Assembly (NCBI RefSeq): GCF_006345805.1
Contig: NC_042998.1
Span: forward strand, 45,384,001 to 45,448,000
Source: Octopus sinensis
Taxonomy: Eukaryota
Length of the DNA stretch: 64,000 bases
Direction of reading: 5' to 3'
The position numbers and the translations under genes are program-made. This document shows, in pieces, positions 35,420 through 48,644 of this stretch. The stretch's first letter is position 1. Each line of letters starts with the position of its first letter. Below the pieces are notes generated by a model. That model was not told the origin of the DNA, made no database searches, and was given only the letters and a program-made list of their open reading frames with translations.

Positions 35420-38153
35420 TATTTTGAGAGATTTATTGAAAATTTGCATCATTCACATAGGAACAACAGTTAGCAACTAGCCTAAGCTACCTTCTCACCT
35501 GAAAAAATTTAGCTATAAAAAAATTATTCAGCCATTAAGCAATTAGAAAAATTTCAGCCAAGTTTCCAGATTGAAACACACTTTTAAAGATCAATAAAAT
35601 GACTCAGTTTACTTAAAAAAATTTTTTTAATGTTTATTTACAAAATAACAAAATGGGAGAAGTTGAAGACAAATTTTATGCAATTAGCTTTAAATTAAAT
35701 AGTAATTAAAACTTTAAACAGTTGTTTTTATGTAATTATATCAGAGGAAGCAGTTTACAAATTCAGAGACAAAATTTCTGTTCAAAATCCAAGATAATTT
35801 CTCAGATACCAGTTTGGTTCTTTATATTTACATTTATATCTTAATTGGTAATATGAAAGAATGAAATATGAATGTGGGGAGAGGACAAAAAAAAAACTTG
35901 AAAAGAAAGGGGCATTACAAACTTGTACAAAGCAAGCAGCATACACTTGCCAGTTACAAAAGAATGAGATATCAATAGAAACCGAGAGAAATTATTGTCC
36001 GGAGTGGCAATTTTTTAATAATTTGACAACATGATTGAAAGATGGAAATATGATAGGAACTGGGAAAGAAATTTGAACCGGTAAAAGCGAAGCAACCTGG
36101 ATAGCATTTTGAAGGAATATTAACTATAGAAAAATAAACATTTTCTGTATAAAAAAATTTTTTAAATCATAATCTTAAACATGAAAAAGAAATCCAATGT
36201 AGCTTACATGTTTTAGTAGAATATTGAATATTTTAGTTAATAAGCAAAACCTTATAAAGTCTTACATACACTTGCAAAGAGAATCTTAAAACTTTTGCAA
36301 CTGTTAAGGGTTGATCCATTATGGACATTGTTACTTGTTAAACAAGCTATAAATTCAAAACAAAGCTCAACTGAATTAACATTCAAATACTGAGGACAAC
36401 TACAAAAGAATTTTCAAAACATTTATATTCTCAAATTAGTTTTGAGAAATGCTCTAACTAGTTATTCATATTGAGAAAAATCTAAATGTAACTTTACACC
36501 ATCTATCTCTAATCCTTCAAACTACACTAAGTATTTAAAATTAAGAGTAGACACATCTTTTTCCAAGATGTTATGTGAAACCGATATAGATGTTAAGTAA
36601 TGTTTTATGTTCACAGCCATGATACACAAGGTTATCACAGAAAGAAGAGGAGCTCAAGTTCACATTTGATCAAATAAAACAGTCTTAGCATTTGGTCTAA
36701 AATTTTTTTCTTTCATAATTACTAGCATAAGAAAAATATCTCTTTTCAGAAAGGACAATGAGGTTATAAAAATTAATAAGGAAACTGCAAATAAATCAAA
36801 TTATTAACAAGGTCATAATACTAACTTTATATACTACCAGATAGTTTGAAAGTACAAGCAATTTAAAAGCATATTACATGTAAAATAGTCATGTCCGGAA
36901 ACATTTCAACTTTAGAATTTTAGCAGAAAACCTTTCTAAAAGGAACGCAGAATTATTTGATCAAAGAAGAAAAAAAGACTAAGAAAAAATTGAAATTAGA
37001 ACCTGCACATATACAATTAATATCTATTTCCTGCAATTGTGATAAAGCCAAAGTTAGAATTTATTAAATAGCTAATCAACCCCACTGGTTTCAAAGAACA
37101 TAAAGTTGAGAAATGTGACGTTCATGCCTTTCCCAAGAGCACCAGCAAAGCAAAATGGCCCTGGCCCCGAGAATTCAAACATTCAGCTCAACAATTCATT
37201 TCCATTCCATGACAGAGCCTCTTATCTCCCCAGATTGCTGCAATCACTGACAGAGCACCGGAGAGGGGAAGTAACTTAAAAATACCATTAAACCTGCCAA
37301 ATTCATTAACAATGGTATTTTTTTTTGAGTTTCACAAAATTAAATGTCCTATTAGATCTGCCATCTCAAATTACACCTGCCTTTCTTTATCAAACCAATT
37401 ATATTTTTTCTGCTAATTTCTGTATCCATCATTTTTCATACTCAATGTAAAAATAAAAAAATTAAACAAAAAAAAAAAAAAAAAAAAAAGAGAGAAACCC
37501 ACGAAGTTTTTAAAATAAATTCTATTGAGCTTTGTAGTTAACTGGAGTAAATTTTAACAAACAAATGCAAACATAAAAGAACATAAAAAAAAACAAAAAA
37601 AACAAGACTGATCACAACTTCATATAAATCACCATAAAAAGAAATCTAAGAAAGAAACAGTTGACATAATCAGAACCACATGGTAAAAAAAAAAACAAAA
37701 AAACATGTAAACAAAACTTAACCCATTACACATGGATTCTTTTATACATATTTCAAATATTAAGGCTGATAAAAGAGAACTTTTATCTCTTGAACGTACA
37801 CCCAGACAGTAACCATTTTAAATACAAATAACAAGGCAATTTACAAATTTTCTAATTTCCAAATCATAATTATATGCTAATTAAAAACAAAATGACAATT
37901 TTAGGAAGGTTTCAGTAGTCTTACTACTTTATTTTGTTTGCATTTTAACTGTTTTTCAATTTGAGGTATGAATAATTTTTACTCCATTTCCACAAAGTAT
38001 GTTTAATACTAGATAATTCATTAAGTCCATACATTTTGGTCAAGGAAAATACCATACTAGTCTCCTCAGAAGAAAAGAAAAAGAAAAAAAAAATCATGAG
38101 CTGGCTTTTCCACTGTTTTACTAATTATAAATTTTTCTTAAACCCTAATGTTG
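35420..38153 (-). other. Putative long 3' UTR of the PGC-1 family gene
   Basis: AT-rich and SINE-free after the stop codon; minus-strand AATAAA at 35432-35437 and 35633-35638. The end is uncertain. Confidence 0.45.
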
Positions 38154-38257
38154 TCAATGTTTCCTGTCACGCTTCCAATCTTTTAAAAGTTGCTCAAACG
38201 ACACATTAGATGTTTGGATTACTGTTCCAAACTCCTCTTCATCTTCCACCAAACTGT
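38154..38257 (-). CDS. PPRC1: PGC-1 family coactivator, terminal coding exon
   Basis: On the minus strand, ttttcag| then (D)SLVEDEEEFGTVIQTSNVSFEQLLKDWKRDRKH and TGA. FEQLLK aligns with the PGC-1 family C-terminal FDxLLK. The symbol stands for the single invertebrate PGC-1/PRC/spargel gene. Confidence 0.9.
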
Positions 38258-38579
38258 CTGAAAAAATAAATAAATAAAATAAATAAAAAAATGTCTAATA
38301 TTGATAGCATGTTTAAAAAATTTCACTTAAACACAATAGATATTAGCAATTACATCATGGAAGAACTAGAATTTCCTTAACCTGACACAAATATGTTGCA
38401 TTTCTATGACCTGCTTAATGTCCAAGATGCAATTAAATTAATGTTAATAACCATGCAGTCCCATTGTGAACAGCTTAGGCAAGTGTCTTTTACCATAGCT
38501 CTGAGCTAACCAATACTTTTTATACACACATACAGGGTCTCAAAAAAAAATTGACATTTGAAATGTGAATATCTGAGTA

Positions 38580-38910
38580 CAATAATCCCTTGACTATCAC
38601 AGGTATTATATTTCAAAACCCCGTGATAGGTGAAAATCTGCCAAGTAGAAACAGTACTGCATATATTTTTTTTTAAATTTTTATAATTTGTATATATTTA
38701 TTTTTATCATAAATGCAAAACAACACCACGGAGGAATCACTGTAAGCTTAAATAACAAACATGTGGCAAACGAAATTAAATGGGCTTCATGTTGAACAAT
38801 AAAAGATTTATCAAAATTCAAACAAGAGATTCAGAGCGATGTAGATTTTATAACCGAATTCACAAATGTTCAATATGCACATGTCCTGTGACATGACACA
38901 CATCAAGTCG
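38580..38910 (+). mobile_element. pogo/Tigger-like DNA transposon remnant
   Basis: TA|CAATAATCCCTTGACTATCACAGG...AAAACCCCGTGATAGGTGAAAATCTGC resembles Tigger-type termini; right boundary uncertain. Confidence 0.4.
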
Positions 38911-39596
38911 GTATGCATTTTTAAAAATTTGTTTTATTTCACTAATTATTGTTTGCAGTACAGAAAAGTGCTTGGTAAATATATCAAAAATATGATATAA
39001 AATACAAGTGAACAGTAGACAGTTTATTCTGCCAATCAGGCTTATGGGATTGCAAAGGGAAATAAAACTATAGCTTAAAGACTACATTTAAGCTCCAAAT
39101 TTAACTTATACCTCAGCCTAAACATAAACCAGTCAACAACAGCAACAAGAATCAGCTTCTGCAATATCATCATTTAATGTCCATTTTCCATGCAGTCATG
39201 GGTTGGATGGTTTGACAGGAGCCAACCAGCTGAAAGGCTGTTTCTGGCATGGTTTCTATGGCTGGATGCCCTTCCTAACACCAATCACTTTACAGAATGT
39301 ACTAGGAAATAGGTGCAGGAGTGGCTGTGTGGTAAGTAGCTTGTTTACCAACCACATGGTTCTGGGTTCAGTCCCAGTGTGTGGCACCTTGGGCAAGTGT
39401 CTTCTACTGCCTGATAGAAAGTAAAGAGAAAAATGTTAGGAAATGTTCGACATGAGTGCAAGTGTGGCTGTGTGGTAAGAATCCTGCTTCCCAAACTTAT
39501 GGGTCCAAGTTCAGTCCCACTGTGTGGCATTATAGCCTCGGGCCGACCAAAGCCTTGTGAGTGGATTTGGTATACAGAAACTGAAAGAAGCCCGTC

Positions 39597-39818
<222 letters not shown>

Positions 39819-41335
39819 CGTATCCACAATTGTCCTTATACGATAAGTATATTTTTTTCTCAAGCTTGATACGACTCTTAATCTGTCTCTTTTTCTCTCT
39901 CTCTCCCTCCTCCCTTATTCCACTTCCGTTCTTTCCCTCTCCATCCGTCCCCCCCCCTTTCTACGTTTTCTATCTCTCTCACCTCCAGCCCCTCGATCTG
40001 TATCTTTCTTCTCCTCCCTCGTCCACCTTCTTCCCTTTTCATCTGTCCCTTTCTCCTGTCTTTTGTTCTCACGTGACAGCTAGCCGCTGTTGAGCGCTCT
40101 TTTCGTTTTCAGCAGCCTCAGAAGCAACACGGATTTGTTCGTCTCCCCGTGGCCTTTAGGCACAACTTCACAAGCCAGCCCCTACTCAAATCGTCCTGTC
40201 GAAAGACCCTTGTCCTACGTCTGGTTTTGTTTTGTGTTTATTTTTTATTTTTACCGTTATTGTTTTTACGTTTTTGTATTCTTATTGGTGTCACGATTCT
40301 GTATTTTTGTTTGTGTACTTCGATCGTTTTCCGTCCTTTCGTTGTATACATTCGAAGCTTTCTTCCAGGGGATCTAATGCGCTTGGCTAGATTCCCTTGG
40401 CGGGCTGGCCATATCGGAGCAATCTCAAGATTAATCAGCCGAAATTGCTAAGATGATCTGGTCTTGACTGATGACTGAGGGCTTCGAATGTCCCGTCCTG
40501 TGGTTCTTGTGTGTCTCTGTGGTGTTTATGTTCTTGTCCATGTGTATTTAATTTTACTGTTTACCTATATAATCGGCGGCTACGTATCCACAATTGTCCT
40601 TATACGATAAGTATATTTTTTTCTCAAGCTTTATACGACTCTTATCTGTCTCTTTTTCTCTCTCTCCCTCCTCCCTTATTCCATTCCGTTCTTTCCCTCT
40701 CCATCCGTCCCCCTCCCTTTTACGTTTCTCTATCTCTCTCACCTCCAGCCCCTCGATCTGTCTCTTTCTTCTCCTCCCTCGTCCACCTTCTCTCCCTTTT
40801 CATCTGTCCCTTTCTCTGTCTTTTGTTCTCACGTGACAGCTAGCCGCTGTTGAGCGCTCTTTTCGTTTTCAGCAGCCTCAGAAGCAACACGGATTTGTTC
40901 GTATCCCCGTGGCCTTTAGGCACAACTTCACAAGCCAGCCCCTACTCAATATCGTCCTGTCGAAAGACCCTTGTCCTACGTCCTGGTTTTGTTTTGTTGT
41001 TTATTTTTTATTTTTACCGTTATTGTTTTACGTTTTTGTATTCTTATGGTGTCACGTCACGTATTCTGATTTTGTTTGTGTACTTCGATCGTTTTCCGTC
41101 CTTCGTTGTATACATTCGAAGCTTTCTTCCAGGGGATCTAATGCGCTTGGCTTAGATTTCCCTTGGCGGGCTGGCATATCGGAGCAATCTCAAGATTAAT
41201 CAGCCGAAATTGCTAAGATGATCTGGTTCTTGACTGATGACTGAGGGCTTCGAATGTCCCGTCCTGTGGTTCTTGTGTCGTCTCTGTGGTGTTTCATGTT
41301 CTTGTCCATGTCTGTATTTAATTTTACTGTTTACC

Positions 41336-41336
<1 letters not shown>
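39819..41336. repeat. Head-to-tail tandem duplication of an unidentified 764-bp CpG-rich element
   Basis: Unit 1 is 39819-40582 and unit 2 is 40583-41336; both start CGTATCCACAATTGTCC and are near-identical apart from small indels. Confidence 0.9.
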
Positions 41337-41369
<33 letters not shown>

Positions 41370-41489
41370 TGTATGTATATATATTGCTCAATTAAAGGCG
41401 ATGCTCCAGCATGGCCGCAGTCAAATAACTGAAACAATTAAAAGACAAAAAGGTGTTTTTACATGGCATCAGCACTGACGAGGTCATGA

Positions 41490-41800
41490 GATTAGGGATG
41501 CTCAGCTGGAGAGGGTTGCAGGGGACGAACCTGTATGCAAGGACAACCAAACTTTACTTAGTTTGACATGTCTTTTCAAGCACAGCAAACTGCCAGGAAG
41601 CTTGGTTCCCTGCCATCCCGTCTCTGAATCCCAACATCTGTAGATCATTTCTCACCACTTCATCCCACAACTTCCTTGCTCTACCCCTTCCACATGTTTC
41701 CTCTACAATTAGAGATCGGCACCTCTTGATGGAACCGTCTTTGTTCATATGCTTTACATGGCCACATCAGCAGTCTTTTCTCTTGCACACACATTCTTCT
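41490..41800 (-). mobile_element. Degenerate RTE LINE 3' ORF fragment
   Basis: ORF 41554-41748 reads VEETCGRGRARKLWDEVVRNDL, homologous to VEGTCGRGRPRKTWVEAVKHDL at about 7015-7080. Confidence 0.7.
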
Positions 41801-42055
41801 AGGTCCTCATTTTTTTTACTATTCACATTTCACTAAAAAATACTACCACACATTACCATTTTGTACACAGTAAGCAGGTTTATAATTCCTGATAAAAAAA
41901 AAAGTTGCTCGTTTAAAGATATGTTGACCAAAAGAACACCCAAGTTTCATATTATTGCTCTATTTCACATTGTCTGATTTTAAATTCTAATATCCCTATT
42001 ATAGGAATAAAAATGGAAGCAACACCGGTGAAAATAATAAAAATAAGATATTTAC

Positions 42056-42139
42056 CAAGATCAGCATAAGACTCCTGACAAAATGTTCTCCTTCCACCAA
42101 AACAAACATCAAATGGAAAATCTTTTATTTTACTAGTTG
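42056..42139 (-). CDS. PPRC1: PGC-1 family exon (end of RRM)
   Basis: tttag| ... |gtaaat. Translates (A)TSKIKDFPFDVCFGGRRTFCQESYADL(D), matching the diagnostic PGC-1 motif FDlCFGGRRxFC...SYxDLD. Confidence 0.95.
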
Positions 42140-42697
42140 CTAAAAAAATAAATTTAAAAAAAGTAATTAGTAAATATAATTCTTAATGGATAACAATTGA
42201 ATAAAAGAACAAGATAAAGTAATATAGAAGCAGACGTGCTAGAAACTAATGCACATTTAGTTAAGAAATTTGATTCACAGCCTACTGCACATCATAAACA
42301 GGCTGATTAATGGTTCTATGAGTGGAATTTGGTAAGAAAGAAACTGCACAGAATCTTGTCATTTGTGTGTTTTAGTTTGTTTGATGTCCATTCCCCCATG
42401 CTAGCATTAATTGGAGAATTGTTTAACAGCCGAATACCTTTGTCATTAACCCTTACCCATTTCTTCAAGCAAGAGATCTTCTATTCCACTCACGCAGAGT
42501 TACAGGACAATTTGTCCACTATTTTTCATCACATAAGCATGTACATACACAAACAGGGATGTGTGTGTGTATAAATACAGATAGTAAGAAGTTTGCTCTC
42601 TAACTACATGGTTTCAAGTTCAGTCCCACTGCATGGCATCTTGTGCAAGTGTATTCTATATAGATATATATTATACATACACACACACATACAACCA

Positions 42698-42883
42698 AGC
42701 TTAAGAGTAAAATTAAAATTTCTCAGTTTTCTGTGAATCAATTTTCATAAAACTTTTCCCAGCTGGTTTGCACACTATGGAAACATAACAATTGTGTTGC
42801 CATAGTGTTCAAACCAGCTGGGGAAAGTTTTATCAAAATCAATTTACAGAAAACTAAAAAATCCTAAATTTCACTCCTAAGCT
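42698..42883. repeat. About 185-bp imperfect palindrome (hairpin MITE)
   Basis: CCCAGCTGGTTTGCACACTATGG versus CCATAGTGTTCAAACCAGCTGGG around a loop of about 10 nt; arms extend to AGCTTAAGAGT/ACTCCTAAGCT. Confidence 0.85.
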
Positions 42884-44020
42884 ATTAGCGCAGTTCTGGG
42901 TATATGTATATATGTCTCCCTGTCTTGACTTGCGTGTTTCTCTGTCTTTCATTTTCACTCACAAAGCATTACTTTGCCTGGGGCTACACTAAAAGACTCT
43001 TGCTCATGGTTTCATGCAATGAGACAGAGCTTGAGACCATATGGCAACAAAGCAGTGTGTGTGTATTTAATCTTTTGCAATAGTGTGAAGGATGTAAACC
43101 TCAGTGAAAAGCCAATGTTCATTGGACAAATTTACTGGGATTCTACCATGCCACTCTCAGCATTAAAAATGCAGTAAACCAGGAACTGGTACATTGTAAA
43201 AGCCTAGAATGATGCTCTTGTTTATGAATTATAAAGAGGCGGCAGACAGGGGGATCCAAAGATAGCATCTCTACATCAGAAATGTCACCAATGGCAAATT
43301 TTTTCAAAACATTGACCCGTCAAGGATAATCTCAGTGAAACACTGAAGATGTTCCACATTACTTTTTTTTAGTGTGTAATTTCCATATTTACATATACAC
43401 ACACACACATCACTGTTCTAGAAAACTATGGCTTTATAGTGGAACTAGTACTGTGAGTATATATTGGTTTCAAATTTTGGCACAAGGCCTGCAATTTCAG
43501 GAGGAATAAGTTGATTACATCAACCCAGTGCTTAACTGTTATTTATTTTATTGAGCCTGAAAGGATGAAAGGCAAAGCCTACTGCAACAGAATTTGAACT
43601 CAGAACACGACAGATGAAATGCTGGTAAGCAGTCTGTCCAGTTTGCTAACAATTCAGCCAGCTTGCTGCCTTACATGATTTTAATAACAGTCCAACCTGC
43701 TGGGTGGCTGGTGTTAGGAAGGGCATCCAGTTGTAAAAACTGTACCAAAACAGACACAGAAGTCTGATGCAGGCTCCTATCAAACCGCCCAGCCCATGCC
43801 AGCATGGAAGGCAGATGTTAACCGATGATAATATTGGAATCATATTTGACTCTTGATAACAACCAGTCTGAGACTACTCCTAGACCTAGATCTATGAATC
43901 AAGCCATCTGTTTAAAGTAATCTGAATTAAAACTTTTGTATTATTTTTCAAAACCAACTGAAAAAAGTGGTGTACTTTGACAGAAATATTGTAATGAAAG
44001 GGTTAAAATTTAATACATAC

Positions 44021-44079
44021 CATCCATACTAAGGTAGGCATCACTTTGGTGATAAAATGTAACAAATCCATAATTATCC
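44021..44079 (-). CDS. PPRC1: PGC-1 family exon (RRM RNP1)
   Basis: ttacag| ... |gtatgt. Translates (Q)DNYGFVTFYHQSDAYLSMD, matching PGC-1 DNYGFVTY. Confidence 0.95.
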
Positions 44080-44137
44080 CTGTAAAAAGAAACAAGACAT
44101 ACAATTTAATGTAACACTTTAATTATAATGGGGCATA

Positions 44138-44181
<44 letters not shown>

Positions 44182-45161
44182 CATTAACACACACAATGTA
44201 TGCACATATACCTTTATAAATACACATACAATATAAATTATATATGTACATTTAGACTTAATTGCAAAGAGCTTTTACATAAAATTTTAATTTTTTAATT
44301 TCACTTATATTTTAAAACTAAATTGAATTTTGTATTTATGAATACATTTTTGATAATTTCTTTTTATAAACTCCATATAATCGCATTTTATAATCAAAAT
44401 ATTGAAATTATTTTAAGTCAACCAGAATGGGTTTTTAGACTGTTCTGATATATGTACTTTCTCCCTATAAAATTGAAAAATGTCACCACCTGGAATTCTT
44501 ACACACACGTGTGTGTAAGCTACCAAAAGGATTGGCAACAGAAAGGGTGTCATCATTTAACACCCTTTTCCCTGACAGAATCTGTCAAGCACCAGAGACA
44601 TGTCAAATTCCAATGTCAGATTTAGCATGGTTCTATGGCTGGATGCCCTTGCAAACACATCCAGCTGTAAAATAAACCCCATAGAAAACAATGAGAATGG
44701 AGAACTACCACTAACAATAATCAAGTTTAACTCTCTAAAATTTAAACCAGCCATGTCAGCCAAAATATCCAACCCTTTTTATGTTCAAACTGGCCAGATC
44801 AGGCCTTTCACACCAATCCTATCACTGAAATCTTGTGGCTACAAAGATTAATTCAAAACAATGTTAATAAATAAGCATTACATTGGACAGATTAATCTGA
44901 ATGTTAAAGGTTTAAATTTTCTTTTCAATAACATTATAATGCTTTCATGACTAGTGCCTACCTAACTGGATTTGAGAAAGAAAGAAAGAAAGAAAAAAAA
45001 AGACAGCTTTCATTAACAAATGACTTGTTAAGAACCAGTTAACCATTATACAGTTCAAGAAATGGCTCTGCAATTTATGCAACAGTCAAATTTTTAGAAC
45101 TATTTACTACATGCTATCTTAATGAGAAACAAGCACAGAATAGAACTAAAAATGTACTTAC

Positions 45162-45283
45162 TGATGCTCTCTGAAATGTAAGCTGACTTTTTCTACCGGG
45201 CCCCATTTACTAAATAACTCCTTTAGTTGATTAGAGGTGTAATTAAGAGGTAATTTGCCAACATAGACAATACGGCGCTCATC
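45162..45283 (-). CDS. PPRC1: PGC-1 family exon (RRM RNP2)
   Basis: ttgcag| ... |gtaagt. Translates DERRIVYVGKLPLNYTSNQLKELFSKWGPVEKVSLHFREH, matching PGC-1 EERRVxYVGK...HFR. Confidence 0.95.
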
Positions 45284-46554
45284 CTGCAACAATGAATTAA
45301 AAATTATTTGATGGAGACCAATAATAACATGTCAACAAAAAACAACATCCTGTGGGTTTGGAAATTATTTGGACTAACTGGAAATGTTATGTAATACACT
45401 CCAGTTTGCCAACCAATAAAAGTTCCATTTCTACTTCATAGTTGAACTAGATTCATTTCACCCATGCCACACACGGACAACCTCACTGAGACGTAGGCCA
45501 CATGAGAGACATGGCCCATAATCCACATTTAACATGTTTCCCATGCTACCATAGGTTAGATGGTTTGACCAGAGTGGGTAAGCTGGAGAGCTGCACCAGG
45601 CCCCAGTCATCTGTTTTGGCATGGTTTCTATGGATGGATGATACCTTTTGTAACACCAACCACTTTACATAAGTGTACTGGGCGTCTAAGGCAATTTTTT
45701 GTTAGGCATGCTATTCTGAAAATCTCGTGGGCCACAATTTGCCCACAATTTATCTATGCTAATAAAAATAAATAAATAAAATAAAAATTAAAGATATATA
45801 GTTTAATGCAAGTCACGAAGAGGTGATACAACCCATTTTCTTTGAGATAAAAACTTAAGCAAACAAAGTAATGTTTATATCATTCATTGTTCTAACATCC
45901 ACTTTTCTATGCTTGCATGGATGAGAAGGAATTTGTTGAGGCAAGTTTTCTACACCTGGATGCCCTTCCTATTGCCACTAACCCTCCTGTTTCTCAACAA
46001 AGTAATATTCCCCTGGCCAGACAGGTTTTTTCATGGAAGACTAGTAACAAACAACACTGCTTATATGACAATTAAGCACATTTACAATCACCACATGATA
46101 TCAAGACAAGAGTAGACACATTTATACACACACACACACATCATGTGATGGATTTCTTTCAACATGTATCTACCAAATTCTCTCAAAAGTTTGGTCAGTC
46201 TGGGGCTACAGTAGAAGACACTCAGCCAAAGTGCTGTGCAGTGGGACTGAACCACATAGTTGGAAAGGAAGCAAGCTTCTTAGCCACACAGCCATGTACG
46301 CACTATTTAAGCTACATATAAACTTATAAACTGAACAACGCATCACCATTACCATTACACCTAGGACTGTTTGTTTTTATCCTCCCACTCAATAAATTCA
46401 ACTTTACCGGAAACAGCTTCATGAAATTCCACTATCTAAAGCTCAATGCACATAGAACAATTTTAAACAGAAAAATCTTGAAACAAGCTAAGCAACAATT
46501 ATAATTTTAAATACTTGATAAATTCTAAATAACTGAAAGGAATTCTGTTATTAC

Positions 46555-46603
46555 CTGATGTATGTCTTTGTCATGGTACTTATTTGTCAGAGAGCTTCGC
46601 CGT
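46555..46603 (-). CDS. PPRC1: PGC-1 family exon (RS region to RRM linker)
   Basis: ttttccatgacag| ... |gtaata, 49 nt, phase 2 to 0, fits both neighbours. Translates (R)RRSSLTNKYHDKDIHQ. Confidence 0.85.
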
Positions 46604-46910
46604 CTGTCATGGAAAAAAAAAGTATAAAATACATTACAAAAAGGAAGAGATAAATCACCTGTGAAAATTATATATCTATATTATATACAGGAAAAACTTT
46701 AATCTAGTACAGTGTTTCCGAATCTTTTTCACTGAAAAACCAAACTAAAATACTTTTACAAATATGTAATGTAAACAGAGTGTAATTAAATTATGTGAAA
46801 AGATTGATTATTTCTTTTTATAAAAATACATTATATGATTGAGAGAGAGAGAGAGGAGGTAGGGGTAATATTAAATCTTATCAAATAATTACTTATAGAG
46901 AATTAATTAA

Positions 46911-47079
46911 CCTTTTCGTTACCATATTTATAAAATTAAAAAAATTATTTCACATAACTGACATTACTCAGCTGAGGTTTGAATATAAATTAACATGAAA
47001 TTTTAATTTAAATCACTTTAAAATAAGAAGTTTGTATCATAGGACCAAGGGCAGTTTCAGTGTGTTGGTATCTAAAGGG
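46911..47079. mobile_element. piggyBac-like MITE (CCCTTTCGTTAC family)
   Basis: TTAA|CCTTTTCGTTACCA ... TGGTATCTAAAGGG|TTAA. Confidence 0.65.
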
Positions 47080-47204
47080 TTAATAGAAAAGAAAATATAG
47101 TCTGACAAGAGAAATGGCACCTTTATAAAATGTTCATAAAAGAAGCACCATTTCCATTGTCGATTGCAGAAGAGGACTAAAATGATTGCAATGATGGTAC
47201 ATAC

Positions 47205-47465
47205 CTAGATCTGTGATGATTAGAATATCTGTAAGGAGAACGAATACGAGAATAATTTCGATTTTGTCTTGAAACTTTCTGTAATGAATATGTACTTCGA
47301 TGCTGCGAGAATGGTGATGGGGATCGATCCCGTGATGATGTGTAATCACTGTATGGGGAAAACTGACCACTTCTAGAATCACTACTGGGAGACGTTGACC
47401 TTGAACTTGACTGTGACCAGCTTGGAAATTCTTCAGTTGGAGAATCAGAAGGTGATGGTGAACTG
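47205..47465 (-). CDS. PPRC1: PGC-1 family exon (Ser/Arg/Pro-rich RS region)
   Basis: ttttcag| ... |gtatgt, phase 2/2. Translates SSPSPSDSPTEEFPSWSQSSSRSTSPSSDSRSGQFSPYSDYTSSRDRSPSPFSQHRSTYS...RSPYRYSNHHRS. The ORF track reads this exon in a different frame. Confidence 0.9.
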
Positions 47466-47886
47466 CTGAAAATTGAGAAAAAGGGGTTCGATCAGTGATA
47501 GCAACAATAGACAGAAGACAAAACGAAATGATGAGGCAATGACAGTGTTAGCAGAGGAATATATAATTCATCTGCAACAAGACAGAACAAAGAATATCAG
47601 AATATCTTGAGTCAGTAAAACCATGTAACATTATAATGTGAAACCACAACTCAAACCTATATGCTATTGCTATATTGAATTGAGACACTCATTTATAATT
47701 CTTTAGCATTCAGATTACTCCATCTAATATAATTCTTATTTTATTCACATTATTTTTAATTATTCATGAATTATCTCATAACTTTGAAATTTTGATGAAC
47801 GATTATTTTTAGAATGGCATTGTAGGATAAGGGTGAGAGGCTAGTTCTGGCCAGTTTGAACACAAAACAGGTAGAATATTGGGATC

Positions 47887-48383
47887 TTTACCTTTTGACC
47901 TACAGGTTTAAAAAATAATTTTTTGTAACTAAACACTTTCAAACTGGACACTGGTAGAATGTGTCATATAAAACATCTTTTACTCTTAGCATTTTTGAGA
48001 AAAACGTATTACTGCCGTTGTTTGTCAACAACAACTATCGGCTGTGTATATTTCGTTTGTCACTTATTTATGACACTGTTCGCGCGTTTGTACTGGTTTT
48101 AAGGGGTTAGGGTTGTCATAAATAACAGTGACAAACGAAATATACACTGCCGGAAGTTCTTGTTGACAAACAACAGCAGTAATTTTATTCAGCTGAATAT
48201 ACATTGATTGGTTGAAATTACCGAAATAAGAAAACTTTAACGTGAAATAACTTCGTAAATAAGTTTTTCTCAAAAATGCTAAGAGTAAAAAGTGTTTTAT
48301 ATGATACATTCTACCAGTGTCCAAAGTTTGAAAGTGTTTAGTTACCAAAAATCATTTTTTAAACCTGTAGATCAAAAGGTAAA
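47887..48383. mobile_element. About 500-bp almost fully palindromic MITE nested in a piggyBac-like MITE
   Basis: TTTACCTTTTGACCTACAGGTTTAAAAA... versus ...TTTAAACCTGTAGATCAAAAGGTAAA with about 120-bp outer arms and a second inner inverted pair. The host MITE sequence resumes on both sides. Confidence 0.85.
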
Positions 48384-48430
48384 CATCCGAATATTGTCTG
48401 GATATGACCTGTTTAAATGCTAATGGTTAA

Positions 48431-48644
48431 CCCTTTAGCATTTAAACCAGCTATATCAGGCCCAAATATTCTACTTATTTTATGTTCAAACCAGCCAGAT
48501 CTAGTCTCCCACACCTACTCTACAATGTTATTCAACAAATAATTACATCATTAAAATGTTGATGCTGCAAGATAATGCAGGAGTAATTCTAAACAATGTG
48601 AAGAAATAAGTGCAACATTTGACAGTAACCTGAATACTGCAGGG
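48431..48644. mobile_element. piggyBac-like MITE with TTAA on both sides
   Basis: TTAA|CCCTTTAGCATTT ... AATACTGCAGGG|TTAA. Confidence 0.7.

Noticed and set aside
40435-40500. CTGATGA with nearby GAAA/GAAT as a hammerhead in the duplicated unit
   Set aside because: I could not build convincing stems I-III in either type I or type II order.
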